DNA of 64,000 bases from Gemmatales bacterium (GCA_035430005.1 DAOMFV010000002.1:27283-91282), one strand, 5' to 3'. Numbered from the stretch's first letter, positions 13,278 to 25,496 are shown. Translations and numbers: made by a program. The notes: a model not told the origin generated them from the letters alone.

Positions 13278-13384
13278 CCCACCGTCATCGAAAGTGGCAC
13301 TCGTTTGCCTGGTTGATCCTGACTCCTCTCGCCTGGCTCAGCATCGCATGGGTAATCACTCAACGGTGGAGTAACAGCCCATGA
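13274..13384 (+). CDS. Very small (36 aa) membrane peptide
   Basis: Manual translation MTHRHRKWHSFAWLILTPLAWLSIAWVITQRWSNSP; ATGA overlaps at both ends. Confidence 0.55.
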   Translation: MTHRHRKWHSFAWLILTPLAWLSIAWVITQRWSNSP

Positions 13385-14049
13385 GTTTGCAGTATGCTCC
13401 CATCAAGTGGAACCGGAATAAGCTGATCTACGATGGCATCATTTTATTGGGCATCGTTCTCTATCTCAGTAGCTTCATGCTCATCGGCAGACTGTTCTGG
13501 ACGGGCAGTATCGAAGTCTTGCTGATTAGGGCGCTGGGCACTTGTGCTTTGCTCATGCTTCATGTCGTGCTTTGCATCGGCCCCCTGGCTCGATTCGATG
13601 TCCGCTTCTTGCCGGTGCTTTACAACCGTAGACATCTCGGTGTAGCCACCTTTCTGATCGGACTAGCTCATGGGCTACTCTCGTTCGGCTACTACCATGG
13701 ATTCGGTGTCGAGAATCCGTTCATCTCCATGCTCACCAGCAACACCAACTACTTATCTTTGGCAGCATTTCCGTTTGAGATACTGGGGGGGATCGCACTG
13801 GTCATACTTTTCCTGATGGCTGCCACCAGCCATGACTTCTGGCTCAAGAACCTATCGCCGGGAGTGTGGAAGGGACTGCACATGCTGATATACCCAGCCT
13901 ATGTGCTGTTGATCTGGCATGTGGCACTGGGAGCATTGCAGTCGGAGGGAAGCTGGCTCTATCCATCACTGCTGGCACTGGGAGTAGCACTGGTAACAGG
14001 ACTGCATCTGCTGGCAGGTTGTCGTGAACGAAATCGAGAAACCACATGA
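13381..14049 (+). CDS. Ferric reductase-like (MsrQ-type) heme-binding membrane protein
   Basis: YNRRHLG, ATSHDFW, WKGLHMLIYPAY..WH. Confidence 0.85.
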   Translation: MSLQYAPIKWNRNKLIYDGIILLGIVLYLSSFMLIGRLFWTGSIEVLLIRALGTCALLMLHVVLCIGPLARFDVRFLPVLYNRRHLGVATFLIGLAHGLLSFGYYHGFGVENPFISMLTSNTNYLSLAAFPFEILGGIALVILFLMAATSHDFWLKNLSPGVWKGLHMLIYPAYVLLIWHVALGALQSEGSWLYPSLLALGVALVTGLHLLAGCRERNRETT

Positions 14050-14423
14050 CCAATACATGGATTGAAGCTGGAACCGTCGACGAAATAGCCAACTGTCGGG
14101 CCAAGATAGTCTGTCTGCCAGGCCGGGAACGAGTCGCTGTCTTCAAGTACGATGGCAAGGTCTCAGCGGTGACCAATGTCTGCAAACACCAGGGTGGCCC
14201 CCTTAGTGAGGGGAAGGTCATCAAGGGCTGTATCACCTGCCCGTGGCATGGCTGGGATTATCGTGCTGAAGATGGGTGTGCTCCACCCCCGTTTATCGAA
14301 AAGCTAGTGACGTATCAGGTAAAGGTGGAGAATCGGCGCATTCTGTTGAATACAGTGCCGTTACCCGCAGGCACCAGAGTAGAACCAGCCACGTTTGAGG
14401 AGTCCGAACATGAAGCCAGATGA
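14046..14423 (+). CDS. Rieske [2Fe-2S] ferredoxin
   Basis: CKHQGG...CPWHGW Rieske ligands. Confidence 0.92.
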   Translation: MTNTWIEAGTVDEIANCRAKIVCLPGRERVAVFKYDGKVSAVTNVCKHQGGPLSEGKVIKGCITCPWHGWDYRAEDGCAPPPFIEKLVTYQVKVENRRILLNTVPLPAGTRVEPATFEESEHEAR

Positions 14424-15156
14424 TTTCTTCATCGGATGGTTGCCGACGCCGGCTCGCTACACACAATTCTTGAGACCGATCATTCTCGCTGCCTTGTTTA
14501 CCTTCCTCGGAATCGGGTTGCTTGTGCCTTCAAGTCAACAATCGACTGGCTCAGCCCAGTGGAACGAAGGCGATGAGGTCACCCTTACCGGTACTGTGGA
14601 CATGCTTCCGTACGCAATTCTTCGGGTTCAGGATCAGAAACTCGGCAACAAGACCGTCTTCGTTGTCGAAATGGGAAAACAGGGCTCTCATGCACGATTG
14701 GCTGCGTATCAGAATCAGTCCGTATCACTTCGTGGAGCCTTGCTGCATCGTGACGAACGGTGGATGCTAGAATTAGCGGATGAACCTAATTCGATTCAGG
14801 CAAAACCTAGCGTGCAAGCTATCCCACGACCTGCATTACATTCGCTAGGCACGCAGACACTCCGTGGTGAAATCGTTGATTCCAAGTGCTATCTGGGTGC
14901 CATGAAGCCCGGCGGCGGGAAGACGCATAAGGCCTGTGCTGTGCTTTGTCTTAAAGGTGGCATCCCTCCGATGTTTGTCACCAGAGATGCGCAGATGTTT
15001 GAAACCTACTATCTTCTGACGTCCATTGATGGATCAGCTCTATCAGCTGATTGTTATTCCTACGTTGGTGACCGAATCGAAGTGCAGGGACAGGTAGAAC
15101 AGCAGGGAGATCTGAAACTGCTCCGATTAGATGCTCAGAACATCCGGCGACGATAG
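14410..15156 (+). CDS. Membrane-anchored hypothetical protein with conserved-looking Cys/His motif
   Basis: N-terminal TM; GEIVDSKCYLGAMKPGGGKTHKACAVLCLKGGIPP. Confidence 0.7.
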   Translation: MKPDDFFIGWLPTPARYTQFLRPIILAALFTFLGIGLLVPSSQQSTGSAQWNEGDEVTLTGTVDMLPYAILRVQDQKLGNKTVFVVEMGKQGSHARLAAYQNQSVSLRGALLHRDERWMLELADEPNSIQAKPSVQAIPRPALHSLGTQTLRGEIVDSKCYLGAMKPGGGKTHKACAVLCLKGGIPPMFVTRDAQMFETYYLLTSIDGSALSADCYSYVGDRIEVQGQVEQQGDLKLLRLDAQNIRRR

Positions 15157-15174
15157 AGCTGGCAGCAAAAACGA

Positions 15175-15201
15175 AAACAGGGAGCCCAATGCTCCCTGTT
15201 T
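15175..15201. terminator. Bidirectional intrinsic terminator
   Basis: AAACAGGGAGC-ccaat-GCTCCCTGTTT between convergent genes. Confidence 0.7.
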
Positions 15202-15218
15202 AACGTCTAACCCATCAC

Positions 15219-15686
15219 TTACCGCTTGATCCACTGGAGCAGCGTCTTTCGATGGATTAGCACCAGCATGCTGGAGCCCAGGGCAACGATTAGTGCGAGA
15301 CCAAAAAGCAACCCGCCATCACCTTGACCAGTCGATGGATTGACAATGACGAATCCTAACCAGGTGAGGTGTGAGACAATCGCTCCTCCAATCGTCCCCA
15401 GGGCCAGGAGAGCGCCATAGGCAACGGTTCGTGGAATGAGAAGCAAGATCACGGCCAGCAGTTCCATAATTCCCACCATGGTCGCAGCAGGCCTGCCACC
15501 CAATGGACCAAAGATCACCTGAGTCTCTGGAGCGTATGTGAACTTGAAGAAAAGAGTCTGGGCAAGGATCGCAGCGACTCCCAGTCGGCAGAGCCAGGAA
15601 ATAATCAACTTTGGCTTTGTCAGACCACAGGAACAGAGGTGTTGTTTCTTTTCCACCGAACAGCTCTGCATAGTTAGTGCGTGCAT
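15219..15686 (-). CDS. DoxX family membrane protein (start uncertain)
   Basis: ILAQTLFFKFT, GIMELLAVILLLIP, GAIVSHL. Confidence 0.8.
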   Translation of the reverse strand: MHALTMQSCSVEKKQHLCSCGLTKPKLIISWLCRLGVAAILAQTLFFKFTYAPETQVIFGPLGGRPAATMVGIMELLAVILLLIPRTVAYGALLALGTIGGAIVSHLTWLGFVIVNPSTGQGDGGLLFGLALIVALGSSMLVLIHRKTLLQWIKR

Positions 15687-15774
15687 GTAAGCAGTCTCCA
15701 GATAGAATGGTACTCATTGAAACGACCATTCTTATGGATGATGCTGCACCCCCATCCGTCACAGAAAGTTCGTC

Positions 15775-17661
<1,887 letters not shown>

Positions 17662-17677
17662 TTAACACTGTTTCACC

Positions 17678-17710
17678 CACGATATATCGGAGGCCCCACG
17701 AAATGCCGTG
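17678..17710. promoter_or_regulatory. Putative upstream activator sites
   Basis: CACGATATATCGG and CACGAAATGCCGTG, quasi-palindromes about 110-140 nt before a sigma-54 promoter. Confidence 0.55.
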
Positions 17711-17819
17711 GGAGGCTGCTTCGTGGGCAATGAACTTATTTTGACCCCTAACTATTTACTGCAACTCATCCCTTTCACTTGCAACCACTTAGGACAAACG
17801 AAGGAATCATTTGGATGAT

Positions 17820-17835
17820 TGGCACGCGGCTCGCT
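17820..17835 (+). promoter_or_regulatory. Sigma-54 -24/-12 promoter
   Basis: TGGCAC-GCGGC-TCGCT versus consensus TGGCAC-N5-TTGCW. Confidence 0.75.
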
Positions 17836-17869
17836 TTATTGCTTTCCATCACGGAAAGGAAGCGAGTGC

Positions 17870-18139
17870 ATGCTAAGGATCACGCAGAAACCGAGCGAAC
17901 GAGGAACTCTCCTCCGTCTGGAAGGCAAGCTCTTGGCCCCCTGGGTTCATGAGCTGGAACAATGCCTGCAGGCTCACTCAGCTCAGTCGCCGATCCTGCT
18001 TGATCTTGCTGCCTTGTCCTTTTCTGATCAAGCAGGTCTGCGTTGTCTTCGGAAAGCCTTGGAACAAGGCATCCAGCTCGTGGCCTGTTCGGCGTATCTG
18101 CAAACACTCTTAGGGAGCGACCGCACATGTCAACTTTGA
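17870..18139 (+). CDS. STAS-like anti-anti-sigma protein
   Basis: LRLEGKL..PWV.EL, LDLAALSFSDQAG. Confidence 0.75.
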   Translation: MLRITQKPSERGTLLRLEGKLLAPWVHELEQCLQAHSAQSPILLDLAALSFSDQAGLRCLRKALEQGIQLVACSAYLQTLLGSDRTCQL

Positions 18140-18738
18140 ACTGGAACCTGTTCGTCAATTCAAACGAAGTAACCACCGAAGCTGATCTGTTGATCTCCCT
18201 TCATGAAGGTAACCAGCAAGCATTTGCCAAGATGATTGAACAGCATACTCCACGTCTCCTGGCCACCGCCCGCCGGTTTCTTCGCTCTGAAGATGATTGC
18301 CAGGATGCTCTTCAAGAAGCTTTTCTTTCAGCTTACAAGGGCCTGGCCAGCTTCCAGGGCCAAAGCCAACTGGGTACCTGGCTGCATCGCATTGTAGTCA
18401 ATGCATGTCTTATGAAGTTACGCAAGCAATCACGTCGTTCGATGCTGCCTCTCGATGATCTTCTGCCTGACCAGGGAGATGTAGCCGCTTTGGTTGCTGA
18501 TAATGTCGAAGCAGATCCCCTCGAACGTGATGAACAGTATGAACTCGTTCACCGTTATCTGCGTGAATTGCCTGACAGCTATCGAGAGATCATTCTTCTT
18601 CGTAACATCGAAGAGCGAAGTACGGAAGAAGTAGCGACACGACTGGGTATCACCGCCGGTGCTGTCAAAACTCGACTTCATCGCGCTCACCAGGCACTTA
18701 AGTCCGTCATGGTTCACCAGGCTGAATTGGTCTGCTGA
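18127..18738 (+). CDS. ECF RNA polymerase sigma factor
   Basis: DALQEAFL, TWLHRIVVN, EVATRLGITAGAVKTRLHRA. Confidence 0.9.
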   Translation: MSTLNWNLFVNSNEVTTEADLLISLHEGNQQAFAKMIEQHTPRLLATARRFLRSEDDCQDALQEAFLSAYKGLASFQGQSQLGTWLHRIVVNACLMKLRKQSRRSMLPLDDLLPDQGDVAALVADNVEADPLERDEQYELVHRYLRELPDSYREIILLRNIEERSTEEVATRLGITAGAVKTRLHRAHQALKSVMVHQAELVC

Positions 18739-18748
18739 TCCACTGGCA

Positions 18749-19353
18749 CTACTTTGTACGAAGGCTTGCTAATTCCGCTTCGAGTTCGACAATCCGGGAC
18801 TGCAAGCGATTGATGACTGGTTCCAACTGTTCTTGAGAGAACCTCTTATGAATATGCTGGGGACAGTTGATATCCCATGCCTCAATGGTGAAAAGGATAG
18901 CCCGTTCGACTTTCCCCGGATACTGCGGGTCACGCAGCTTCTGTTCTAGATCGGCATCGCCTTCGATGACCCTGGCAGTCCCCAGAGCTTAACTCGACGG
19001 CTGTTTGCATAGTCCATGAGAAAGATAAAAGCTTTCGGATTCTCAGAGAGGTTGCCCAGCGTGATGTATTGCCGATTTCCACCGAAGTCAGCGAAACCCA
19101 ATGTATGCTCATCAATGGCTTTCAGAAACCCAGGTGAGCCACCTCTATACTGGATGTATGGCTGCCCTTCAGCATTGGCAGTCCCCAGGTAAAACATGTC
19201 CAGCCCGGCCAAAAATTCGGTCAGGTCCGAGGTGACGGTCGTTTGCCACCCGCCGGACTGTTCCATCCGGGCGTAGCTTTTCCGGGAACCCTTCTGGGAT
19301 TGAATCGCCTTGACAGCAGGTGTGAAAGCGATGTCGCTGGAGGAGTGCCTCAT
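18749..19353 (-). pseudogene. Pyridoxamine 5'-phosphate oxidase-like FMN-binding protein, one-base frameshift
   Basis: YIQYRGGSPGFL, ADFGGNRQYIT; after KLWG the family-like sequence TARVIEGD...WDINCPQHIH continues in another frame at a G run near 18980. Confidence 0.8.
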
Positions 19354-19432
19354 CGAATAGCCTCTTTTGAGCACGTCTCGGGCATGTTAAGTAGAGAACA
19401 GTAGTCGAACTACGCCGGGGGCGGTTAGAGAG

Positions 19433-20368
19433 TTACTTGACGTGCTTCCCAAGGAACTCACGCATCAGCCTGGCGATCTCATCGCCATTTGTTTCCAAGG
19501 CAAAGTGACCGGCGTCGAGTAAATGGTACTCGATCCTTTTCAGATCATTCTTGTACGGCTCGGCACCGGCTACAGGAAAGATCTGATCGTGTTTGCCCCA
19601 AACAATCAGCACCGGTGGCTGGTACTTGCGGAAGTACTCCCGCCACTTCGGATACAACGGTGGGTTGCTGCAGTAACTCAGGAACAGGTCGAGTTGTATG
19701 TCGGCATTGCCTTCGCGATCGAGCAGGTACTGGTCCGTGGTCCAGGCGTCGGGCGACAATAATTCGGTGTTCCTGACCCCGTGCGTGTACTGCCATTTGG
19801 TCGCTTCGAGCTTCGTGAAACCCCGGAGTGCGTCCCGCTTCTCCTTGCTCGCAGGCTCCTTCCAATACGCCTTGAGCGGCTTCCAGAAGTCGTTGTCGAG
19901 CCCCTCGTCATAAGCATTACCGTTCTGCACCACGATGGCTGTGACTCGGTCCGGGTGTTTCACGGCGAGCCGGTAACCGACAGGTGCGCCGTAATCCTGG
20001 ACGTAAAGGGTGTACCTCTTCAGGTCCAATTTCTCGGTAAACTTCTCGACGACATCGGCCAGTGTGTCGAAGGTGTAAGTAAACTTGTCACGGGCTGGCA
20101 TCGAACTCTGCCCGAAGCCGGGGTAGTCCGGGGCTATCACTCGATACTTGTCTGCCAGTTGGGGGATCAAATTGCGGAACATCTGCGAACTGGTCGGGAA
20201 ACCATGCAGCAACAACACGACAGGAGCATCCTTCGGGCCAGCTTCGCGATAGAAGATGTCCAGGTCGCCGACCTTCACCGACTTGTGTAGAGTCTTCGGC
20301 GGTTCGACCGCAGCAGTCGTGGTCAGGGTAGTGGCCAAGCCGGCCAGAATCAGTGCAGTACGAAACAT
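19433..20368 (-). CDS. Alpha/beta hydrolase (epoxide hydrolase/dehalogenase-like) with signal peptide
   Basis: [16 protein letters not shown] nucleophile elbow, GHFALE. Confidence 0.9.
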   Translation of the reverse strand: MFRTALILAGLATTLTTTAAVEPPKTLHKSVKVGDLDIFYREAGPKDAPVVLLLHGFPTSSQMFRNLIPQLADKYRVIAPDYPGFGQSSMPARDKFTYTFDTLADVVEKFTEKLDLKRYTLYVQDYGAPVGYRLAVKHPDRVTAIVVQNGNAYDEGLDNDFWKPLKAYWKEPASKEKRDALRGFTKLEATKWQYTHGVRNTELLSPDAWTTDQYLLDREGNADIQLDLFLSYCSNPPLYPKWREYFRKYQPPVLIVWGKHDQIFPVAGAEPYKNDLKRIEYHLLDAGHFALETNGDEIARLMREFLGKHVK

Positions 20369-20407
20369 GAGTCGTTCTCCGAATGTGTGTTGAAATTGAG
20401 TCGAGAG

Positions 20408-20896
20408 TTACTTCAAGTCGGGGATGCCAGGGTGGTCCGATGGACGCGGCCCAGGAGCTGGCCAGAAGAAGGTTCGATCAGATTCGGTCATTGCCAGATC
20501 GTTGATGCTTGCTTCCCGCCGGCGCATCAAGCCTCGATTGTCAAACTCCCAAAGTTCGTTGCCATAGCTTCGGAACCATTGGCCAGAGGCATCATGCCAT
20601 TCGTATCGGAAGCGAACAGCAATACGATCATCGGAAAAAGCCCAGAGTGCCTTCACCAGGCGATAATCCAATTCACGTTCCCATTTATGTGCCAGGAACG
20701 CCCTAATCTCCGCTCGCCCTCGCGGGAATACATTGCGATTACGCCAGACAGAGTCCTCAGAGTAGGCCAATGCAACACGTTCCGGGTCACGAGAGTTCCA
20801 TGCATCTTCAGCCAGACGTACTTTGCGAATGGCACTTTCCAAAGTGAACGGCGGGGTAATAGGTAAGGTCGAAGGAGTACAGTCGAGGGGCTTCAT
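20408..20896 (-). CDS. DUF1348 / NTF2-like (SnoaL fold) protein
   Basis: [34 protein letters not shown]. Confidence 0.88.
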   Translation of the reverse strand: MKPLDCTPSTLPITPPFTLESAIRKVRLAEDAWNSRDPERVALAYSEDSVWRNRNVFPRGRAEIRAFLAHKWERELDYRLVKALWAFSDDRIAVRFRYEWHDASGQWFRSYGNELWEFDNRGLMRRREASINDLAMTESDRTFFWPAPGPRPSDHPGIPDLK

Positions 20897-21045
20897 CGTG
20901 AGATACCTCATATTGAGGAGAATCAATTCACTAAGCTTGAGCCACCGCAGCCCAGTCTGCGGTTAAGCCAAAAACAATCAAATGGTCTGACGATCGAGAT
21001 GAGCCAAGGAACCAATATTGCCAGAGATGCGGCAGTTCGCTTCAA

Positions 21046-21591
21046 TTAGTTGACCTTCAACTCTGCTGCTTTTGGAAAGTCGATGTCAGTACCCGCTACC
21101 TGATTGAAGTAATTCGTAAAGATGTTGAGGGCCACGTTTGCAACAACTTCTGCAATGATGCCATCATCGAAGCCTGCCTTGCGCACAGTTTCGATATCAG
21201 CATCGTTGATTTGCCCCTTCTGGCTAACGATTCGCCGAGCAAAGTTCAGAAGCACACTTGTCTGAGGATCGATCGCTTGCCCCACTCGGCTATCCAGGAT
21301 TTGATCCGGCGTTAATCCAACCATCTTGCCAATGGTGGAGTGAGCAGCCAGACAATAGTCGCACTGGTTTTCCTGACCAACAGCCAGGGCAATCTGCTCC
21401 CGAATCTTGGCGGAGAGCTTGCCATGACTAAGTGAGCCACTGAATTGCAAGTAGCCGTCAAGCACAGCAGGAGAGGTAGCCATGGCGCGAGTCATATTGG
21501 GAACTAGACCGAGCTTGCCTTTCACAGCTTCGAGAAGTTCCTTGGACTTGCCGACTGCGGATTCCGGGGCGATTTGAGTAATGCGTGACAT
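21046..21591 (-). CDS. Carboxymuconolactone decarboxylase/AhpD-like peroxidase
   Basis: EQIALAV..N.CDYCLAAH motif. Confidence 0.88.
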   Translation of the reverse strand: MSRITQIAPESAVGKSKELLEAVKGKLGLVPNMTRAMATSPAVLDGYLQFSGSLSHGKLSAKIREQIALAVGQENQCDYCLAAHSTIGKMVGLTPDQILDSRVGQAIDPQTSVLLNFARRIVSQKGQINDADIETVRKAGFDDGIIAEVVANVALNIFTNYFNQVAGTDIDFPKAAELKVN

Positions 21592-21655
21592 TGACACATA
21601 CCTTTCAGTTTGATCGTAACTGCATCAGACAATCTGACGCTGATGAAGATGATTA

Positions 21656-21671
21656 ATCACATTCCGTGCCA
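21656..21671 (-). promoter_or_regulatory. Putative sigma-54 promoter for the AhpD operon
   Basis: TGGCAC-GGAAT-GTGAT; -24 box perfect, -12 box divergent. Confidence 0.55.
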
Positions 21672-21738
21672 AATGTCGTAATGGACGCAAGAGACTGCAA
21701 GTAAAGGACATACACAAATCATCTTCATCCAATGGAAT

Positions 21739-21790
21739 CACGATATTTCGTAATATCACGAATTATCGTAGGCCATTGGCGATATTTCGT
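21739..21790. promoter_or_regulatory. Three putative activator-binding sites
   Basis: CACGATATTTCGT, CACGAATTATCGT, GCGATATTTCGT. Confidence 0.6.
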
Positions 21791-21802
21791 AATAGTAGAT
21801 GC

Positions 21803-23413
21803 ATGGCGCAACAACCCCCATTACGATTGATTGCAGATCCGAAGCAGCTTTTGCTGGATATGGCCAGGGAACATAAGCTTGCGGACCTGCTCCAGTTAAT
21901 TGTGACTCGCTTTGGTGATTCACCACAGGTCGCCCTGACTAGGATCTGGCTTATCAAGCCCGGTGATATTTGCTCCACTTGTTTGATGCGTCCAGAATGT
22001 CCCAGTCAGGAACGCTGTCTGCATCTAGTGGCCAGCGCCGGTCACTCGATGCAGGATAAACGCATTGAATGGTCAGGATTGTCAGGATCATTCCGTCGCT
22101 TCCCGCTCGGCATTCGAAAGGTGGGCAAGATCGCAGCAACCGGTGAAGCACTTGAAGTTCCGAATATTGCAGAAACTCCCGATTGGATTGCACGTCCTGA
22201 ATGGATTTCATCTGAAGGTGTGTCAGGATTTGGTGGGCAGCCACTTGTTCACCACGGCAAGGTATTTGGAGTCTTGGCAGTATTTGCACGTGGAACGATT
22301 GGGCCTGAATGCATGGGATGGCTTCGGACCATAGCAAATCACGCCGCGGCTGCCATCGCCACGGCACGTGCCTTTGACGAGATTGAGTCGCTTAAGAAAC
22401 AGCTGGAACTGGAAAACGAATACTTACGTGAAGAAGTCTCACGTACCGGAGCATTCGGCGAACTGATTGGCCAGAGCCCAGCACTCGAAACGGTTACTCG
22501 GCAGATTGATTTGGTGGCTAAGACCGATTCTTCAGTGCTGATCCTGGGAGAAAGCGGGACAGGCAAGGAATTGGTTGCTCATGAACTGCATCGTAGAAGC
22601 AATCGAGCGAGCAAACCCTTTATCAAAGTAAATTGCGCAGCGGTTCCTCGTGAGTTGTATGAAAGCGAATTCTTCGGCCACGCCAAGGGAGCTTTCACCG
22701 GTGCATTGCGTGATCGAACAGGACGTTTCGAGTTGGCCGATGGAGGAACCCTCTTCCTGGATGAGATTGGCGAGATCCCTCTTGAGTTACAAGCAAAACT
22801 GCTACGGGTACTACAGGAAGGCGAACTCGAACGAGTTGGTGAAGAGCGTACCAGAAAGATCAACGTTCGCTTGATCGCTGCTACCAATCGCGATCTCAGG
22901 TTGGAAGCTGAAGCAGGACGATTCAGGCAGGACTTGTATTACCGGCTCAGTGTATTCCCTATCGATTTGCCGCCCTTGCGAAAACGGCTTGAGGATATCC
23001 CCCTGCTGGCACAGCATTTCTTGTCGATCAGTGCAACTAAACTGGCACGCTCAAAACTGAAGTTGACCCTAGCTAATGTTCAACAACTTCAACAATACGA
23101 CTGGCCAGGCAACGTCAGGGAACTGCAACATGTTATTGAACGAGCAGTCATCACAGCCGAAGGCAATCGAATGACCATCAACCTTCAAGTGGGCATGACC
23201 GCCAGTGCAAGCCGAAAACCATCAACAGTAGAATCAGTTCGAGTGATGACGGATGCCGAGCTGAAACAATTAGAGGCAGACAACATCAGAACTGCACTCA
23301 AGCTAACCAAAGGAAAAGTCTCTGGCTCAAGTGGGGCTGCCGAACTGCTTGGGATCAAGCCCACAACGCTTACTTCAAGAATCAAGACACTTGGGATAGG
23401 GCAATCACCCTGA
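21803..23413 (+). CDS. Sigma-54-dependent activator with GAF domain
   Basis: GESGTGKE, GAFTGA, WPGNVRELQH, HTH. Confidence 0.93.
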   Translation: MAQQPPLRLIADPKQLLLDMAREHKLADLLQLIVTRFGDSPQVALTRIWLIKPGDICSTCLMRPECPSQERCLHLVASAGHSMQDKRIEWSGLSGSFRRFPLGIRKVGKIAATGEALEVPNIAETPDWIARPEWISSEGVSGFGGQPLVHHGKVFGVLAVFARGTIGPECMGWLRTIANHAAAAIATARAFDEIESLKKQLELENEYLREEVSRTGAFGELIGQSPALETVTRQIDLVAKTDSSVLILGESGTGKELVAHELHRRSNRASKPFIKVNCAAVPRELYESEFFGHAKGAFTGALRDRTGRFELADGGTLFLDEIGEIPLELQAKLLRVLQEGELERVGEERTRKINVRLIAATNRDLRLEAEAGRFRQDLYYRLSVFPIDLPPLRKRLEDIPLLAQHFLSISATKLARSKLKLTLANVQQLQQYDWPGNVRELQHVIERAVITAEGNRMTINLQVGMTASASRKPSTVESVRVMTDAELKQLEADNIRTALKLTKGKVSGSSGAAELLGIKPTTLTSRIKTLGIGQSP

Positions 23414-23528
23414 TTCCTTCCTTTTCTCCAACTGTTGCCTACTTCACATACATTTCAAAACTGCGAGCCTAATATGCCTTCATCGCTGACGCATGGAGCG
23501 CTGGCAAACACCTCTCCGGAGTGGTCCT

Positions 23529-24089
23529 ATGAAGTACGTTCGCACATTCAGCCTGGCAGTCGCTTTGGTCGCAGTCGGCCTGACATATGGAGCAGATGTA
23601 ATGTCTGGCCCGAAGGTTGGCAGTCAAATGACTCCGTTTCAACCTGTCAATATTCTCAATGCAGATGATGCTCAATGCAATGGCAAAGAAAACTGCCTGG
23701 TCTGTCAGTATGGTGACAAGCCTGTGGCGATGATCTTCACCCGTGGGACCTGCGATTGTCCCGCCACGTTAGCTCTTATTAAGAAGCTCGACGCCGAAGT
23801 CGCCAAGGTAGGCAAAGATAAGATGTCGGCAGCAATCATCTATCTTTCTGATGACGAAACCGTCAAAAGCAAGATTGGAGAAATGGCTAAGTCGCAAAAC
23901 ATAACGAATGTCAGTCTGGCACAGTTTAATGCCAAAGGTCCTAAAGGCTATAATCTCTCGAACGATGCTGGCGTGACCGTAGTCCTTTACAAAGGCAAAA
24001 CGGTGCTCGCCAACCATGCATTCGACAAGATCTGCGAAAAGTGTGTGGAAAAAGTAGTTGCTGATCTGCCCAAACTCGCAAGCAACTAA
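23529..24089 (+). CDS. Secreted thioredoxin-like CxxC protein; Cys paralog of the CxxU protein at 34885..35445
   Basis: Signal peptide; NGKENCLVCQ; aligns end to end with the read-through product at 34885..35445. Confidence 0.8.
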   Translation: MKYVRTFSLAVALVAVGLTYGADVMSGPKVGSQMTPFQPVNILNADDAQCNGKENCLVCQYGDKPVAMIFTRGTCDCPATLALIKKLDAEVAKVGKDKMSAAIIYLSDDETVKSKIGEMAKSQNITNVSLAQFNAKGPKGYNLSNDAGVTVVLYKGKTVLANHAFDKICEKCVEKVVADLPKLASN

Positions 24090-24116
24090 TACCAGCAGTG
24101 GAATGCATCTTTTACA

Positions 24117-24144
24117 AGTGCCGATCTGTATTCAGATCGGCACT
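24117..24144 (+). terminator. Hairpin, probable terminator
   Basis: AGTGCCGATCTG-tatt-CAGATCGGCACT followed by T-rich sequence. Confidence 0.65.
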
Positions 24145-24310
24145 GTTGTTTGGCTAAAGGCCGAGGAAATTTCCGTTCAGCTTGCTTCCTTTACCAACTC
24201 AAGGCGCTGCTGAGGCCATTAATCAGTACCTGCCATGAGCAAGGTAAAACAAAACAAGGCAACCTGACGAAAGGTTGCCTTGCTTATTTATCGCAATAGT
24301 TGTTCTGACA

Positions 24311-24646
24311 CTAAGTGATGATACCTTGCTTGGTGTATTCTGCTCGGCATGCTGGGCAGTGGCGGCAATGAGCTATTGCCGCATTGTGTTCCTGGGTAGA
24401 AAGCGTGTTCCAATTCTTCAGATAGGCGATGGCCTGAACACAATTAATTTGTGCCAAGGTGCCATTGAACCATTCATGAGTTACAAGCCAGGTCAGTCCG
24501 GTGACGCCCATCAGCCCTAGGCCAGCTGCTGAAACTTTCAGAAACTGTCTTCGCTTGAGCAAGAATCGATGTTGTTCTGCAGATGCAGCAAACTGACCGG
24601 GAGAACAAGGTTCCCAGGAATCGTTTGGCTGCCCGTGAGCGTTCAT
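24311..24646 (-). CDS. Membrane/Tat-like protein with C-terminal HxxxCxxC zinc-finger-like motif
   Basis: KRRQFLK, hydrophobic helix, C...HCRHCPAC. Confidence 0.6.
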   Translation of the reverse strand: MNAHGQPNDSWEPCSPGQFAASAEQHRFLLKRRQFLKVSAAGLGLMGVTGLTWLVTHEWFNGTLAQINCVQAIAYLKNWNTLSTQEHNAAIAHCRHCPACRAEYTKQGIIT

Positions 24647-24700
24647 GTTAAGTCACCTTTGCTTGTTTCTGCCATTATCTTCAATTCACATCTCTTTCTC

Positions 24701-24716
24701 TGTGAATTGATTCACA
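24701..24716. promoter_or_regulatory. CRP/FNR-type box
   Basis: Perfect TGTGA-N6-TCACA next to a Crp/Fnr gene. Confidence 0.65.
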
Positions 24717-24740
24717 ATGCGATGGATTATTGCGAATTCG

Positions 24741-25496
24741 CTAAGGAGTTACACACCCCCGAAGTCTGTCGATGTCGTAAAGGATCAGCCTTTGCCGTTT
24801 TACTCGGATCAACCCCTCCCCCTGCAGTTCTCCCAAGGCCATCGTTACTGATTCACGAGTGGCTCCGATCAAGCCGGCGATGTCTTGATGAGATAAGGGC
24901 AAAGTGATCTCGGTAGTCGTCCCATTTTTCTCACTGTGCTGGCTCAGCAAGTTTAGCAATACATAGACCAACCGTTCTCTGGTGGTACGAAAGAGGAGTT
25001 GGCGCAGGCGAGCTTCCGCCTGCTTGCGTCGTAACCCCACCAGCTTGGTGATTCGCAAGGATAAGTCCGCTCGTCGATTCATGACCTCAAGCATGGGCTC
25101 CTTGGGCACCGCTGCAATCTGCGTCTCCAGGACTGCTTCGGCATAATTCTGACGATTATCGTCATCAAAGAGAGCCAGTTCTCCAAAGACTTCACCAACT
25201 TCGACGAAAGCCAGAATCGACTCTTTGCCGTCTGGTGTAATATCTTTAAGTTTGACCCTTCCTTTAAGAACAATCAACACCGACTCACCTGGTGTCGATG
25301 GGAAGTAAATGACTTCTTTTCTTCTGAATGATCGTACACGGGCATTGCATTCAAGATCTGTCATTTCATCTGGTGTGAGCAGATCAAATAGTGGCACTGC
25401 GCGTAGGTGCCAGAGTCGCTCATGCATACTTGCAGGCCTTGCCTTAGTTGATTGAGCGCGTGTTGTTTCCAACGTAAAGGAATGTGTTGTAGACAT
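24741..25496 (-). CDS. Crp/Fnr family transcriptional regulator
   Basis: GEVFGELAL, LSHQDIAGLIGATRESVT. Confidence 0.92.
   Translation of the reverse strand: MSTTHSFTLETTRAQSTKARPASMHERLWHLRAVPLFDLLTPDEMTDLECNARVRSFRRKEVIYFPSTPGESVLIVLKGRVKLKDITPDGKESILAFVEVGEVFGELALFDDDNRQNYAEAVLETQIAAVPKEPMLEVMNRRADLSLRITKLVGLRRKQAEARLRQLLFRTTRERLVYVLLNLLSQHSEKNGTTTEITLPLSHQDIAGLIGATRESVTMALGELQGEGLIRVKRQRLILYDIDRLRGCVTP

Noticed and set aside
14040..14060. Readthrough fusion of the ferric reductase-like and Rieske genes
   Set aside because: The Rieske gene is in another frame through an ordinary ATGA overlap
18733..18760. ECF sigma ending in Cys-TGA as a possible CU motif
   Set aside because: The domain is complete, no hairpin follows and the convergent gene ends 10 nt away
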